From Betaproteobacteria bacterium (GTDB lineage Bacteria; Pseudomonadota; Gammaproteobacteria; Burkholderiales; SHXO01): a DNA stretch of 64,000 bases. The first letter of the stretch is position 1; the number at the start of each line of letters is the position of its first letter. Where the stretch lies: contig SHXO01000002.1 of NCBI GenBank assembly GCA_009693245.1, positions 6,280 through 70,279 on the forward strand. Direction: 5' to 3'. The notes under the pieces are model-generated. The model saw only the letters and a list, made by a program, of their open reading frames with translations, did no database searches and was not told where the DNA came from. Shown here one piece after another: positions 1 to 10,333 of the stretch. A program made the position numbers and the translations under genes.

Positions 1-347
1 TTCACGCGGCAATTTTCCAGCATAACGACGTTACCGGGTTGCACGCTTACGCCGTCGAGCCAATTTTGTTTGAGCGGAACATCGCGCTTGAGCAGTTCGC
101 TCAGGCGTTTGGCGATGGGCGCCAAAGAGTCCTTAGGATGCAACTCACCTTCAGTGGGGCGGCCCAGGTGCGAGGTCACCATCACCGCGGCGCCCGCCTT
201 CAACGCGTGCTCGATGCCAGGAACGGATGCGCGTATGCGGGTGTCGTCAGTAATGGCTCCGCTCTCGTCCTGGGGTACGTTGAGGTCAGCGCGTATGAGG
301 ACTCGCTTGTTGCGCAAGTCCAGATTGGTCATTTTTATAATTGGCAT
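1..347 (-). CDS. pgk: Phosphoglycerate kinase, 5' part (runs off window)
   Basis: Manual translation from ATG at 347: [43 protein letters not shown]...[13 protein letters not shown], with the PGK R-x-D-x-N-V-P and SHLGRP motifs; lies downstream of gapA. Confidence 0.95.
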   Translation of the reverse strand, partial: MPIIKMTNLDLRNKRVLIRADLNVPQDESGAITDDTRIRASVPGIEHALKAGAAVMVTSHLGRPTEGELHPKDSLAPIAKRLSELLKRDVPLKQNWLDGVSVQPGNVVMLENCRV

Positions 348-410
348 GGTCCGTTGCCGGTGGTCGATTCCATCATCCCCACCCTTGTGGCTCCGGCTTT
401 ACCTAAAGGT

Positions 411-514
411 AAGCCTTCACCGCAACAAGCCGCTTCGCGGCGTGTTGTCCCGTGGGAAGAAGGGCTTTTACTTCCCTCGCCCTCCGGGAGTGGGATCGAG
501 GGTGAGGGAGAAAG
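411..514. repeat. REP-like palindromic element (CCCTCACCC...CCCTCTCCC-N4-GGGAGAGGG type) with a degenerate inverted partner
   Basis: Reverse complement of 473-510 reads ctccctcaccctcgatcccactcccggagggcgagggaa; related copies at 13703, 50445 and 50884. Confidence 0.6.
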
Positions 515-522
515 CGTATCCA

Positions 523-1536
523 TTATTTCGCGTTCATCAGTGCGACCGTGGTATCCAGCATTCGGTTGCTGAAGCCCCATTCGTTGTCATACCAGCTGCT
601 TACTTTTACTAGGGTTCCATCGGACACCTTGGTCAGCGTGGCGTCGAAGATGGATGAGGCAGGATTGTGATTGAAATCCACCGACACCAGCGGCTCCACG
701 TTGTAGAGAAGAATGCCCTTCAATTCGCCATCCGCCGCTTGCTTGATGGCCGCGTTTACTTCATCCACTGTCGTGGCCCGTTTGGCGACGAAGGTCAAGT
801 CCACGAGGGACACATTGATGGTGGGCACGCGCACGGCAAAGCCATCTAGCTTGCCGTTGAGTTCGGGCAGCACCAAGCCCACGGCGGCAGCGGCGCCGGT
901 CTTGGTGGGAATCATGGATTGCGTGGCGGAGCGGGCGCGGCGCAGATCCTCGTGATAGACGTCCGTCAGCACCTGGTCGTTTGTGTAGGCGTGAATGGTG
1001 GTCATGAGGCCGCTCACGACGCCGATGCCCTCATGCAGGGCCTTGACCATGGGCGCCAAGCAATTCGTGGTGCACGAGGCGTTGGAGATCACGGTGTGAG
1101 CCGCCTTCAGCGTCTTGTGATTCACCCCATAGACCACGGTGGCATCCACGTCCTTACCGCCCGGCGCGGAAATGATGACTTTCTTGGCCCCCGCGGTGAG
1201 ATGGGCGCCAGCCTTCTCCTTCGTGGTGAAAAGCCCCGTGCACTCCAGCACCACATCGACCTTCAAATCCTTCCAGGGAAGTTCGGCCGGGTTACGCTTC
1301 GCGCTGACCTTGATCTTGTCGCCATTGACGACCAGATGGTCGCCCTCCACCGCGACGGTACCGGGGAATGGCCCGTGAGCGGTGTCGTAACGGGTGAGGT
1401 GGGCATTGGTTTCGGGGCTGCCAAGATCGTTGATAGCAACGATCTGGATGTCGTGCTTCTTGCCGCCCTCGTAATGGGCGCGAAGAATGTTGCGCCCGAT
1501 GCGGCCATAGCCGTTGATGGCAACGCGGATAGTCAT
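523..1536 (-). CDS. gapA: Type I glyceraldehyde-3-phosphate dehydrogenase
   Basis: INGYGRIGR Rossmann motif, ASCTTNCL catalytic motif, WYDNEWGFS. Confidence 0.98.
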   Translation of the reverse strand: MTIRVAINGYGRIGRNILRAHYEGGKKHDIQIVAINDLGSPETNAHLTRYDTAHGPFPGTVAVEGDHLVVNGDKIKVSAKRNPAELPWKDLKVDVVLECTGLFTTKEKAGAHLTAGAKKVIISAPGGKDVDATVVYGVNHKTLKAAHTVISNASCTTNCLAPMVKALHEGIGVVSGLMTTIHAYTNDQVLTDVYHEDLRRARSATQSMIPTKTGAAAAVGLVLPELNGKLDGFAVRVPTINVSLVDLTFVAKRATTVDEVNAAIKQAADGELKGILLYNVEPLVSVDFNHNPASSIFDATLTKVSDGTLVKVSSWYDNEWGFSNRMLDTTVALMNAK

Positions 1537-1608
1537 CGGTGAGAGCTCCTATATAGGGGTCGAGAAAAGAAGGATTCTAGCCTTCGGCGGAACCTCCCGT
1601 GAGACCGG

Positions 1609-1649
1609 TCAATCGACCGTGAGCGATTTCGCAACATTGAGGGGCTTGT
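1609..1649 (-). repeat. Imperfect direct-repeat copy of the last 41 nt of glmS (attTn7/TnsD recognition region)
   Basis: 1609-1649 matches 1722-1762 at 36/41 nt; copy reads KPLNVAKSLTVD* versus [12 protein letters not shown]. Confidence 0.9.
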
Positions 1650-1667
1650 GGCTACGGCCGCTTCGCT

Positions 1668-1691
1668 TAACTTGTCCCTGGGGCCAAGTTA
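1668..1691. repeat. TAACTTG(T/G)CC-N4-GGCCAAGTTA hairpin between glmS and its duplicated tail
   Basis: taacttgtcc-ctgg-ggccaagtta, 9/10 complementary; same motif at 21727-21755. Confidence 0.85.
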
Positions 1692-1721
1692 GCCTTCGCC
1701 GAAAGCCTCGCGCGAAATCAT

Positions 1722-3548
1722 TCACTCGACCGTGACTGATTTCGCAAGATTGCGGGGCTTGTCCACATCGGTTCCGCGTGCGACAGCGGCGTTGTAAGCC
1801 AGCAGTTGAACGGGAATGGAGTGGACGACGGGGGAGAGCACTCCCGCGTGGCGCGGCGTGCGGATAACGTGTACGCCTTCGCTCTCGGTGAAATGACTGT
1901 CCAGATCGGCGAAGACGAAGAGTTCACCACCGCGCGCACTCACCTCTTGCATGTTGGACTTGACCTTTTCCAGCAGCGTGTCGTTGGGCGCGATGACCAC
2001 CACTGGCATGTCGCTATCGACCAGCGCCAAGGGGCCGTGCTTGAGTTCGCCTGCGGGATAGGCCTCGGCGTGGATGTAGGAAATTTCCTTCAGCTTCAAG
2101 GCACCTTCCAGCGCGATGGGGTAGTGAATACCGCGGCCCAAGAAGAGCGCGTGGTGTTTGGTGGCGAAGCGCTCCGACCAGACGCGAATCTGGGCTTCGA
2201 GGTTGAGCGCGTGCTGCACGCTGCCGGGCAGGTGACGCATGGCGGTAAAGTGATTGGCCTCCTGCTCCATGCCAAGGCGCCCCTTGGCCTTGGCGATGGC
2301 GAGCGTCAAGGTGAAAAGCGCGGTGAGTTGCGTGGTGAAGGCCTTGGTGGAGGCAACGCCGATCTCGGCGCCCGCGCGTGTGAAAAACACGAATTTGGAA
2401 TTGCGCGGAATGGCGCTCTCACGCACGTTGCAGATGGAGAGCGTTTCCTCTTGTCCCAGTTCTACCGCCCGCTTCAGCGCTTCCATGGTGTCCAGGGTTT
2501 CGCCGGACTGGGAGATTGTGACGATCAATTGCTTGGGATTGGCCACCACGTCGCGGTAACGGTATTCGCTGGCGATCTCCACGTTGCAAGGGATCTTCGC
2601 TATGGATTCCATCCAGTAGCGCGCCACGCTGCCCGCGTAGTAGCTGGTGCCACAGGCAAGGATTTGCACGCCCTCGATCTCCTTGAACGACTTCTCCGCG
2701 CCGGTGCCGAAGAGCTGGGGGACGAAGCCTTCGGCGATGACTTGTTCCATGGTATCGAACAATGCCTTGGGTTGTTCGTGGATTTCCTTCTGCATGAAGT
2801 GCTTGTAGGGACCCAGTTCCAAGGATGCCAGCGAGACATCGGAAACATTGACCTTGCGCACGATGGGCTGGCCGCTCTTGTCGTAGATGCGCACGGACTC
2901 GCGGGTGATTTCCGCCACATCGCCTTCGTCCAGGTAGATCACCCGGCGCGTGGCGGAGAGCACCGCGGAGACGTCGGAGGCCACGAAATTCTCGCCGTCT
3001 CCCAAGCCGATCAATAGCGGGCAGCCCATGCGTGCGCAGATGAAACGGTTAGGCTCCTTGAGGCTGACCACGGCGATGGCGTAAGCGCCGACGAGCTCGC
3101 CCACCGCGATCTGCGTGGCGCGCAGCAGATCGTATTGCTGGACGAGGTAGTAGTGAATGAGGTGCGCGATGACTTCCGTGTCGGTCTGGGATTCGAATTG
3201 GTAACCCAGTTTTTTCAGCCGGTCGCGCTGTTGTTCGTGGTTCTCTATGATGCCGTTGTGCACCACGCTCACCAGTCCGCCCGAAATGTGCGGATGCGCA
3301 TTGGGTTCGGTGACGCCGCCGTGGGTGGCCCAGCGCGTGTGGCCGATTCCCATGAGCCCGTTGAGATTCTCGGCCTGCGCGGCGGCTTCCATTTCCGCGA
3401 CCCGGCCCACGCGGCGCACGCGCTTGATGACGCCGTTCAGCACCGCCACGCCGGAGGAGTCGTAACCCCGGTACTCCAAGCGCTTCAAGCCTTCGACAAG
3501 AATGGGTACGACGTTACGCTGGGCGATGGCGCCTACGATTCCGCACAT
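1722..3548 (-). CDS. glmS: Glutamine-fructose-6-phosphate transaminase (isomerizing)
   Basis: MCGIVG N-terminus, [16 protein letters not shown]-terminal [11 protein letters not shown]. Confidence 0.98.
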   Translation of the reverse strand: MCGIVGAIAQRNVVPILVEGLKRLEYRGYDSSGVAVLNGVIKRVRRVGRVAEMEAAAQAENLNGLMGIGHTRWATHGGVTEPNAHPHISGGLVSVVHNGIIENHEQQRDRLKKLGYQFESQTDTEVIAHLIHYYLVQQYDLLRATQIAVGELVGAYAIAVVSLKEPNRFICARMGCPLLIGLGDGENFVASDVSAVLSATRRVIYLDEGDVAEITRESVRIYDKSGQPIVRKVNVSDVSLASLELGPYKHFMQKEIHEQPKALFDTMEQVIAEGFVPQLFGTGAEKSFKEIEGVQILACGTSYYAGSVARYWMESIAKIPCNVEIASEYRYRDVVANPKQLIVTISQSGETLDTMEALKRAVELGQEETLSICNVRESAIPRNSKFVFFTRAGAEIGVASTKAFTTQLTALFTLTLAIAKAKGRLGMEQEANHFTAMRHLPGSVQHALNLEAQIRVWSERFATKHHALFLGRGIHYPIALEGALKLKEISYIHAEAYPAGELKHGPLALVDSDMPVVVIAPNDTLLEKVKSNMQEVSARGGELFVFADLDSHFTESEGVHVIRTPRHAGVLSPVVHSIPVQLLAYNAAVARGTDVDKPRNLAKSVTVE

Positions 3549-3581
3549 GGTTTGGTCACTTTAGTAAGGATTGATCAAGAA

Positions 3582-4973
3582 CTACCCGGCTTTATTCTTC
3601 ACCGGGCGCTTCCATCCGGCGATGGCGGTCTGCTTGGCGCGGGAGATGGTGAGTTCGCCAGGCGGGGCATCCTTGGTCAGCGTGGTGCCCGCGCCCAAGG
3701 TTGCTCCCTTGCCCACCCTAACGGGGGCGACGAGCTGGGTGTCCGAACCGATAAATGCGTCGTCTTCGATCACCGTTCGGTGTTTGTTGGCGCCATCGTA
3801 ATTGCAGGTGATGGTGCCGGCACCCACGTTGACGTTGCGCCCGACGGTGGCGTCTCCCAGGTAGGTCAGATGATTGACCTTGGAACCTTCTCCGAGATCG
3901 ACCTTTTTCATTTCCACGAAATTCCCCACGTGGGCATGGGCGGCGAGAGTGGTTTCGGGGCGGATTCGGGCGAAGGGGCCGATGCGGCACTCGGGCCCCA
4001 CTTTGGCGCCATCGATGACGGACATGGGCGCGATGACGGTGCCGGCGCCAATCTCGGCGTCCTTGATGTAGCAATTGGCACCCACCACCACCCCTTCCGC
4101 CAGATGCACCTTGCCTTGGAACACGCAGTTCACGTCGATCTCCACGTCCTGGCCGCAGTGCAGGTCGCCGCGGATGTCGATGCGGGCGGGGTCTCGCAAG
4201 GTCACCCCAACCGCCATCAAGCGCAATGCGTATTCGTGCTGGTAACGGCGCTCGAGCTCCGCCAACTGTGCGCGGCTATTCACCCCAAGCACTTCCCAGA
4301 GGTTGGCAGCGTTCACGGACGCTACGTTCATGCCCTGGGCGATGGCCCGAGGCACGATATCGGTCAAGTAGTACTCGCCCTGGGCGTTGTGGTTCTTGAG
4401 TGACATTAACCAACCCGCCAAGGCCTTCGTGGGGGCGGCCACGATGCCGGTGTTGATTTCGCGCACTGCCTTTTCCTCGGCGGTGGCGTCTTTTTCTTCG
4501 GCGATGCGCAGGAATTTCCCGCTCTTGTCGCGAATGATGCGCCCGTAGCCGGCCGGGTCCGCCAGCTCCGCGGTCAGCACGACCAAGGTTTGCGCGCTGG
4601 CGCACACGGCGGCCAGCGTTTGCGCCCGAATCAATGGGACATCGCCATAGAGCACCAGGGTGCGCCCGCTGAGGGGTATGAGCGGCATGGCTTGCGCCAC
4701 GGCGTGACCGGTCCCCCGTTGGGGCTCTTGCTTGACGAAACGCACGCCGGGTTGCGCAAAGGCATTGGGTACTTGTTCGCCGCCATGGCCGTACACCACG
4801 ACGATATGCGCCGGATTCAAGGTTTTGGCGGCATCGATCACATGCCCCAGCAGGGGCTTATGGGCCAGCCGGTGCAAAACCTTGGGCAGGTTGGAGTACA
4901 TTCGCGTACCCTTTCCAGCGGCGAGGATGACGACGCTTAGGTCAGAGGTGCTGGAATCCGTCATGTTCATCAA
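3582..4973 (-). CDS. glmU: Bifunctional UDP-GlcNAc pyrophosphorylase/glucosamine-1-phosphate acetyltransferase
   Basis: LAAGKGTRM motif, hexapeptide repeats, TCNYDG; adjacent to glmS; exact start uncertain (4964-4973). Confidence 0.97.
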   Translation of the reverse strand: MMNMTDSSTSDLSVVILAAGKGTRMYSNLPKVLHRLAHKPLLGHVIDAAKTLNPAHIVVVYGHGGEQVPNAFAQPGVRFVKQEPQRGTGHAVAQAMPLIPLSGRTLVLYGDVPLIRAQTLAAVCASAQTLVVLTAELADPAGYGRIIRDKSGKFLRIAEEKDATAEEKAVREINTGIVAAPTKALAGWLMSLKNHNAQGEYYLTDIVPRAIAQGMNVASVNAANLWEVLGVNSRAQLAELERRYQHEYALRLMAVGVTLRDPARIDIRGDLHCGQDVEIDVNCVFQGKVHLAEGVVVGANCYIKDAEIGAGTVIAPMSVIDGAKVGPECRIGPFARIRPETTLAAHAHVGNFVEMKKVDLGEGSKVNHLTYLGDATVGRNVNVGAGTITCNYDGANKHRTVIEDDAFIGSDTQLVAPVRVGKGATLGAGTTLTKDAPPGELTISRAKQTAIAGWKRPVKNKAG

Positions 4974-5171
4974 GCGGGCTTGGGGAATGCTGCTGTAATT
5001 ACGTGGCGAGTTTTAGTGTGGCGGGGCCCATAATATGCCACCGGATTATCCCATAGCACCTTGCGCGCAAAATCACAGCGCAGGAGCTATGCCAGGCTTT
5101 GGCAGGGTGAGGCCTGGGCTTAAGCGGGATGGATGGGCGGACGTTAATGGAAGACTTGTGTCTGAAAAGGA

Positions 5172-5666
5172 ATGCTCATGGGATGGTGGCGGACAGGATT
5201 AGTCGGAGTGTTCATGGCGGGCTTACTCAGCGCGAGCCCGGCTCAGGCCCAACTCACGGAAGCCCGCGTCGAGCAGTTTCTGGTGCAACTGGAACTGGCG
5301 GCCGAGCGGCGAGATATTGCTCACATCATTGACTCGCTCGCCGACGACGTGGTCATCGTGTTTCGCATGGCCGCCCTGGGCGGCATGCCCGACATGACCT
5401 TGGACAAGGTTCAGTACCGCGATTTCTTGGTGGGCGCTTTTGCCACCATCGAAGCCCATGGTTCGCGGCGTTACGGAACCAAGATCACCGTCTCGCCGGA
5501 TGGGATGTACGCTGAAGTGTTCGCCAATGTGGAAGAGACGACCACCATGAAAGGGAGGACCTCCGTTCACACCTCGCAGCAGACGGTGCTGGTCGCGCTG
5601 GCGAACAACAAACTTCAAGTGAAGCGCGTTTTCGCCGAGGTGATGCCGGGGGGCAGCGATACCTAG
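5172..5666 (+). CDS. Exported NTF2/SnoaL-like hypothetical protein
   Basis: Signal peptide ending AQA; alpha+beta pattern (RRDIAHIIDSLADDVVI) typical of NTF2-like folds; aagg upstream. Confidence 0.6.
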   Translation: MLMGWWRTGLVGVFMAGLLSASPAQAQLTEARVEQFLVQLELAAERRDIAHIIDSLADDVVIVFRMAALGGMPDMTLDKVQYRDFLVGAFATIEAHGSRRYGTKITVSPDGMYAEVFANVEETTTMKGRTSVHTSQQTVLVALANNKLQVKRVFAEVMPGGSDT

Positions 5667-6787
5667 CGCGATATGTGATCGGTGCCGAAACCTTCGCGGG
5701 CGGCACGAATTAGCTCGCCGATGTTGCCAGCGCTTAAGGCGCGAAGAAAAGTAGCCAGCGCGCGTTTCTCTCCTGGGCTCAAGCCGAGGGGCTTGATGAG
5801 CTGGTCCACATCCTTGCCCTGGCCGCCTCGGTCATAGAAAGCGATCACCTCTTCCAGAGTGCTCATGGACCCGTCGTGCATGTAAGGGGCGGTCAAGGAG
5901 ACGTTACGCAAGCTGGGTGTGCGAAAGGCCTTGCGGTCCTTGTCTTCGCCCGTGACTTCCCAGCGCCCTAGATCCAAAGCGGGCGGATCGATGGCCCCCT
6001 CCAGATCTTGCCGCGCGACGAGTACCTCTACTCCGGGCGCCAGTTCGACTTTCAGTTTTTCCGGCGGCGCGGCTGCTCCAGCACCCGTACGGTGGAACCG
6101 GTGATCGGTAAACAATGCCCCATCTCGGCCAGCGCTGTGACACTGTGCGCAACCGGCTTTCCCCTGAAATAGCTCGAAGCCCTTTTGTTCTTCCACTGAA
6201 AGAGCGTCCGCCTCACCGCCAAGGTACCAGCGATCGAAGCGCGAGCCTCCGGCGACCACGGTGCGCTGGTACGCCGCCAGGGCGGCGGCTACGCTAGCCT
6301 CGCCGATGCCCTGCGCAGGGAAGGCCTGTGCAAAAGCATGCTCGTAACCAGGCAAGGCGCGGATGCGCTCCACCACCTCGGATTTGGACGCGTTGTTCAT
6401 CTCGTCCTTGGATAGCAGCGGTGCCCATACTTGCGATTCCAGCGAGGCTTCGCGCCCGTCGTGGAAAAAGCTCCGCTGGTACGCCACGTTGAGCGACGTG
6501 GGCGCATTACGCCGCAGGCTCTTGCCGAACATCCCCACGGAGGTGGCGACCTCGTTGGAGGTAAACCCCTGTTCGGGCACGTGGCACATGGCGCAGGACA
6601 TGGTTTGATTGGGCGACAAACGCCGGTCGAAGAACAAGCGGCGCCCGATCTGCGCCTGCACGGCATCGGGAGGTTCCATGGGCGGCAATCCCAACGAGGA
6701 CGGTGGCGCGGCGTGTGCCGCGAGTACACCTAGCGCGACCAGACTAATTCGCGCGCTGTTCTTCCAGAAGGAGGGATTGAATGTCAT
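5663..6787 (-). CDS. mauG: Di-heme cytochrome c peroxidase/MauG-like protein
   Basis: Two heme motifs CAMCH and CAQCH, GRRLFFDRRLS, FRTPSLRNVSLTAPYMHDG; in operon with mtoX and SCO. Confidence 0.85.
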   Translation of the reverse strand: MTFNPSFWKNSARISLVALGVLAAHAAPPSSLGLPPMEPPDAVQAQIGRRLFFDRRLSPNQTMSCAMCHVPEQGFTSNEVATSVGMFGKSLRRNAPTSLNVAYQRSFFHDGREASLESQVWAPLLSKDEMNNASKSEVVERIRALPGYEHAFAQAFPAQGIGEASVAAALAAYQRTVVAGGSRFDRWYLGGEADALSVEEQKGFELFQGKAGCAQCHSAGRDGALFTDHRFHRTGAGAAAPPEKLKVELAPGVEVLVARQDLEGAIDPPALDLGRWEVTGEDKDRKAFRTPSLRNVSLTAPYMHDGSMSTLEEVIAFYDRGGQGKDVDQLIKPLGLSPGEKRALATFLRALSAGNIGELIRAAREGFGTDHISR

Positions 6788-7421
6788 TCACGACCACCTG
6801 CGGCAAGAGGTAGGAGGTGGTGTAAATCTCCCGTACCCAGCCCGTGGCATCGATGAGAAAGACCTTGAGTACGTGGCTAAAGGAGCGCGAGGCCACTCCA
6901 GTTTTGGGATCCACGCGGATACGCACGTCCTGGCCTAGCCCCTTCAACAACGGGGCCAACTCGCGGTAGGAAGGCGTGGTGAGGAAGTACCACGGCAACC
7001 CGCTCTTGCGGCTCAACTGGCTCTCGCCGTAGTCCGCCATGACTTCTGGCGTATCCACGAGGGGATCGAAACTCAGGCTGATGAGTTGTACCCGGCGCTG
7101 CGCCGGCGCATCCGCCTGTAACGTGGCTTGGATTTGATCCATCACATCGTAGGCAAGCGGACAACCTTCGGGATCCATGCAGGTGGTGAACATGAAAGAC
7201 AGCAACGTAACCTTGCCTTGCGTAAAACGCGACAAGGCCACCGCTTGGGCGTTGGTGTCCAACACCGTTCCTTGGGGCACGCGTTGAATTTTTTCCAGCC
7301 GGTAGGTGCCCGCGGCGGGCGGCACGAATTCCAACCTTGCACCGCGCTCGGCTTCGTGAGCTGAAGCGGTGGCGGCGGCCATCGCGAGGAGGGCCGCCGC
7401 CAAGCGGTACGGCAAGGGCAT
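6744..7421 (-). CDS. SCO1/SenC family copper chaperone
   Basis: FTTCMDPEGCP copper-binding Cys pair, SFDPLVDTPE, distal His (FSHVLKVFLID), signal peptide. Confidence 0.9.
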   Translation of the reverse strand: MPLPYRLAAALLAMAAATASAHEAERGARLEFVPPAAGTYRLEKIQRVPQGTVLDTNAQAVALSRFTQGKVTLLSFMFTTCMDPEGCPLAYDVMDQIQATLQADAPAQRRVQLISLSFDPLVDTPEVMADYGESQLSRKSGLPWYFLTTPSYRELAPLLKGLGQDVRIRVDPKTGVASRSFSHVLKVFLIDATGWVREIYTTSYLLPQVVVNDIQSLLLEEQRAN

Positions 7422-8749
7422 TATTGCTTTGCCGCCAGGGTATCCGTCGTGGGAGCGTAAGCGGACTTTAATTCCGCGGTGCCAAACTTCATGTGATGAG
7501 CACGGCCCAGGCGCAACTTATTAAAGTCCACCTCGAAAGCCTGGGTCAGTTCATGGCCATCCCAATTAAAGGCGCGCAGCACTTGCTCGTTCATGTCACC
7601 GCCCTTATCCCAATTGGCCAGCAAGGATGAGGTGATGTACACGCGCTTGCCATCCCAGCTTTGGGAGACCATGTTGACCTGCTTACCCGTCTGCTTGGCG
7701 TAGGTCTGCTTCGGCGCTTCCGGGTCTGTGAGGTCAAAGTAACGCGTCATCCCATCCATGAAGGTGTTCACCCAGAGTCCCTTGGCGTCGGCACTAATAC
7801 TGATGTCCACGGGCAATGGAATCTTGGAGGGGTCGCCGATGGTGGCCACTTCCTTGGCTTCCCACTCGCCTCCCGCATCTTGCTTGATGAGCCAGATCTT
7901 GGAAGTGAGAGCCGTGGCCACCACGGCCCAGTTATCTTCGCGCTTGAGCGACCAACGTACTTCCAAGGGGCTGCCCGGAACGGAGAAAATCTTCTTGGGC
8001 TCCATCGCTTTCAAGTCCCACATCACCATGGTGCCGCCAAAACGCTTCATAGCCTCGGCGTCTTGGATCAACTTGCCGATGGGCATCATGTAATTGTTCC
8101 AGCCCGTGAAGCTGGAAGTCAGCAGCGCGTTGCGCGAGGGATTGATACCGATGTCGTAACCGTAGCCGTCACCGCCATCGCTGGTGGGCATGGGATAAGT
8201 CTGGATGAGATCGCCGCTGTTGTTGAACAGCAGCATCCCCGTTACCCCGCCATGGTCCTTGGTGTTGGCAAGCATCTGCACCAGCATGCGCCCAGGCAGG
8301 GCGTAGAAGGTATGCGGGCCCACCAAACCTGTCTGCTTGGGCAGATCGGAAATGGTTTTCACCAAGCGCGGCATCGCGGGTTCCGTGCCGACGTCGAAAA
8401 TGTAGATCCGGCTATCGTCCAGGCCGCCCGCCCACAGATAGCGCCGGTCATCGGTGAAGCCCATGTGGTGAGCTTCGCCACGCCGCTTCACCGAGAAGGA
8501 ATGAATCACCTTGCCGTAGCGAGGCGATTCGGGATTGACATCGATGGTCACCAGCTTGTCCGATCCATCGCCTAGGCCTTCCACGCCCAGGGTCCATACG
8601 TAGACGTAATCTTCCTGCCCCTTGATGAGGTTGCTCATGTAGGGCGAATTGCAGGTTTCGTCGGCGGCCGCTGGAACGCCAACGGCGGCCAGCGATAGCG
8701 CAAACGCAAGACTCCTAAATACATTTTTCATGTCTTTCCTCCTGTCCAT
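7421..8749 (-). CDS. mtoX: Methanethiol oxidase (SBP56/SELENBP1 family), periplasmic
   Basis: DETCNSPY mature N-terminus, GEAHHMG, GPHTFY, SSFTGWNNY and SSLLANWDK (the two Trp proposed for TTQ); SCO+mauG context; start may be 8731. Confidence 0.9.
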   Translation of the reverse strand: MDRRKDMKNVFRSLAFALSLAAVGVPAAADETCNSPYMSNLIKGQEDYVYVWTLGVEGLGDGSDKLVTIDVNPESPRYGKVIHSFSVKRRGEAHHMGFTDDRRYLWAGGLDDSRIYIFDVGTEPAMPRLVKTISDLPKQTGLVGPHTFYALPGRMLVQMLANTKDHGGVTGMLLFNNSGDLIQTYPMPTSDGGDGYGYDIGINPSRNALLTSSFTGWNNYMMPIGKLIQDAEAMKRFGGTMVMWDLKAMEPKKIFSVPGSPLEVRWSLKREDNWAVVATALTSKIWLIKQDAGGEWEAKEVATIGDPSKIPLPVDISISADAKGLWVNTFMDGMTRYFDLTDPEAPKQTYAKQTGKQVNMVSQSWDGKRVYITSSLLANWDKGGDMNEQVLRAFNWDGHELTQAFEVDFNKLRLGRAHHMKFGTAELKSAYAPTTDTLAAKQ

Positions 8750-8822
8750 GGGGTTGCGTCATGGCCACCAGAGCGGCGGCAGCGGCGAGGATAAGCGATA
8801 GAGCGTGGGGTTGCAAACGCAC

Positions 8823-9974
8823 TCACTTACGTTCCCGCCATCGCAGCGCGGCGGCTCCGCCGCCCGCGACTACTGCCGCCATGGCCCAGAGCATCGCGGC
8901 GGCCCCGAGCACGGAGCCGAAGGCGCCGAACATCAATGGCAGCACCACGTGGCTGCTGTTCATGATCGTCGTGCGTACCCCGAGCGCCTCCCCGACGCGT
9001 CCCTCCGGCGAGCGTGAATGCAGAAGCGACATCACATTGGGTTGCGCGGACCCCAGTCCGCAGCCCAGCAGGAAGGCCACCATCATGAGCGGTGCAAGCG
9101 ATGAGAAGAGCGGGAACAAAGCGAAGCCCAGGCTAGTGTTGAACAAGGTGTACGTGAGCACCTGCCACTCGCTGAAGTGGCGAGACAGCCATGGCATGGC
9201 AAGGCGCACGCTGAAGGTCGCCGCCGAGAAGGCACCCAACACGAAGCCCACCTGAGAGGCCGATAATCCCACGTGAGTGCCATGTACCGGCACCACGAAA
9301 GTCATCAGATCCCATGACATGGAGATCAATCCCGTGGTGATGAGCACGCGCCGCAGCTCTGTATGTTTCAGCAACTCGAAGGGATGCATGGGCTCCGGCG
9401 CGCTGCCCCGGTGCTTGTGCTCGGGGAAAAGCCCGCGGTTTAGCCAGAGCAACCCCAACGCCAGCAGCACGACAACCACCAACACGGCGAAGGTGGCGCG
9501 GTGGCCGAAGCCGTCGATCAGCAAGCCGCTCACGACGGGTCCTGTAAAACCCGCGATGGAGGCGCCCATCGCCAACCAGGAAAACGCCGCCGCGCGGCGA
9601 TTCGGATCCGCGCGTTCACCGACGATTTGCTGGATGGCGAGCATCACCAAGGTGGCTCCGGTGCCGATCATGGCCGCCGCGACCAGCAGGGGCGCGACAT
9701 CGCTGGTCGCGTAGGGAAAGGCCGCAGGCAGCAACATGCCCCCCAGCATCAACAAAACTCCAACGAGCGTCGGCCGCCACGGCCCCACGACATCCAGCCA
9801 CCGCCCCGCGCGCACGGCGATCAACATCGGCACCAACGCAAACAACGCCATCACGACGCCAACAGTGAAGGTAGACGCCTTGTTCGCCAGCGCATAGAGG
9901 GAACCCGTCATGCGCGAGGCGACAAAAGCCATATGCGTGAGCACGGCAATCGCGATGATGCGGGCGAGTATCAT
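8823..9974 (-). CDS. MFS transporter
   Basis: About 12 hydrophobic segments, GRWLDVVGP loop motif. Confidence 0.85.
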   Translation of the reverse strand: MILARIIAIAVLTHMAFVASRMTGSLYALANKASTFTVGVVMALFALVPMLIAVRAGRWLDVVGPWRPTLVGVLLMLGGMLLPAAFPYATSDVAPLLVAAAMIGTGATLVMLAIQQIVGERADPNRRAAAFSWLAMGASIAGFTGPVVSGLLIDGFGHRATFAVLVVVVLLALGLLWLNRGLFPEHKHRGSAPEPMHPFELLKHTELRRVLITTGLISMSWDLMTFVVPVHGTHVGLSASQVGFVLGAFSAATFSVRLAMPWLSRHFSEWQVLTYTLFNTSLGFALFPLFSSLAPLMMVAFLLGCGLGSAQPNVMSLLHSRSPEGRVGEALGVRTTIMNSSHVVLPLMFGAFGSVLGAAAMLWAMAAVVAGGGAAALRWRERK

Positions 9975-10333
9975 GGAGAATTGCTTCCGACTGGGTGAGG
10001 GCGTTTCAGCCTAGAGGTTGCGAGCCGTTAGTCTGGCATGGAATCTACCGGCTTACGGCTAGCTCCTCTCAAACGTTCGCGTCGAGTAGCATTCATTTTG
10101 CGGGCGTTATGGTGTTGGCTTCGATAACCGCATCATGCTAGAAATAGCCGCCTGCATCTTCACTTTTCGCCACGCCTTGCGAAATAAATCCCCCGCACCG
10201 CCGAGGTTTTGCAAGAGCCTCTATCGTCATAATGTTTCCGTGCCTCAGACTCGAATCCGTCCGCCAACATCAATCCGCGCATGCGCCATTTCGCCAAGTA
10301 CACTCAAATTGACCCGCGGGACCGAGAAGTAGC

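Noticed and set aside
1540..1721. Tn7 transposon inserted at attTn7
   Set aside because: No tns genes, no TGT...ACA ends with TnsB repeats, and the duplication is 41 nt rather than 5 nt.
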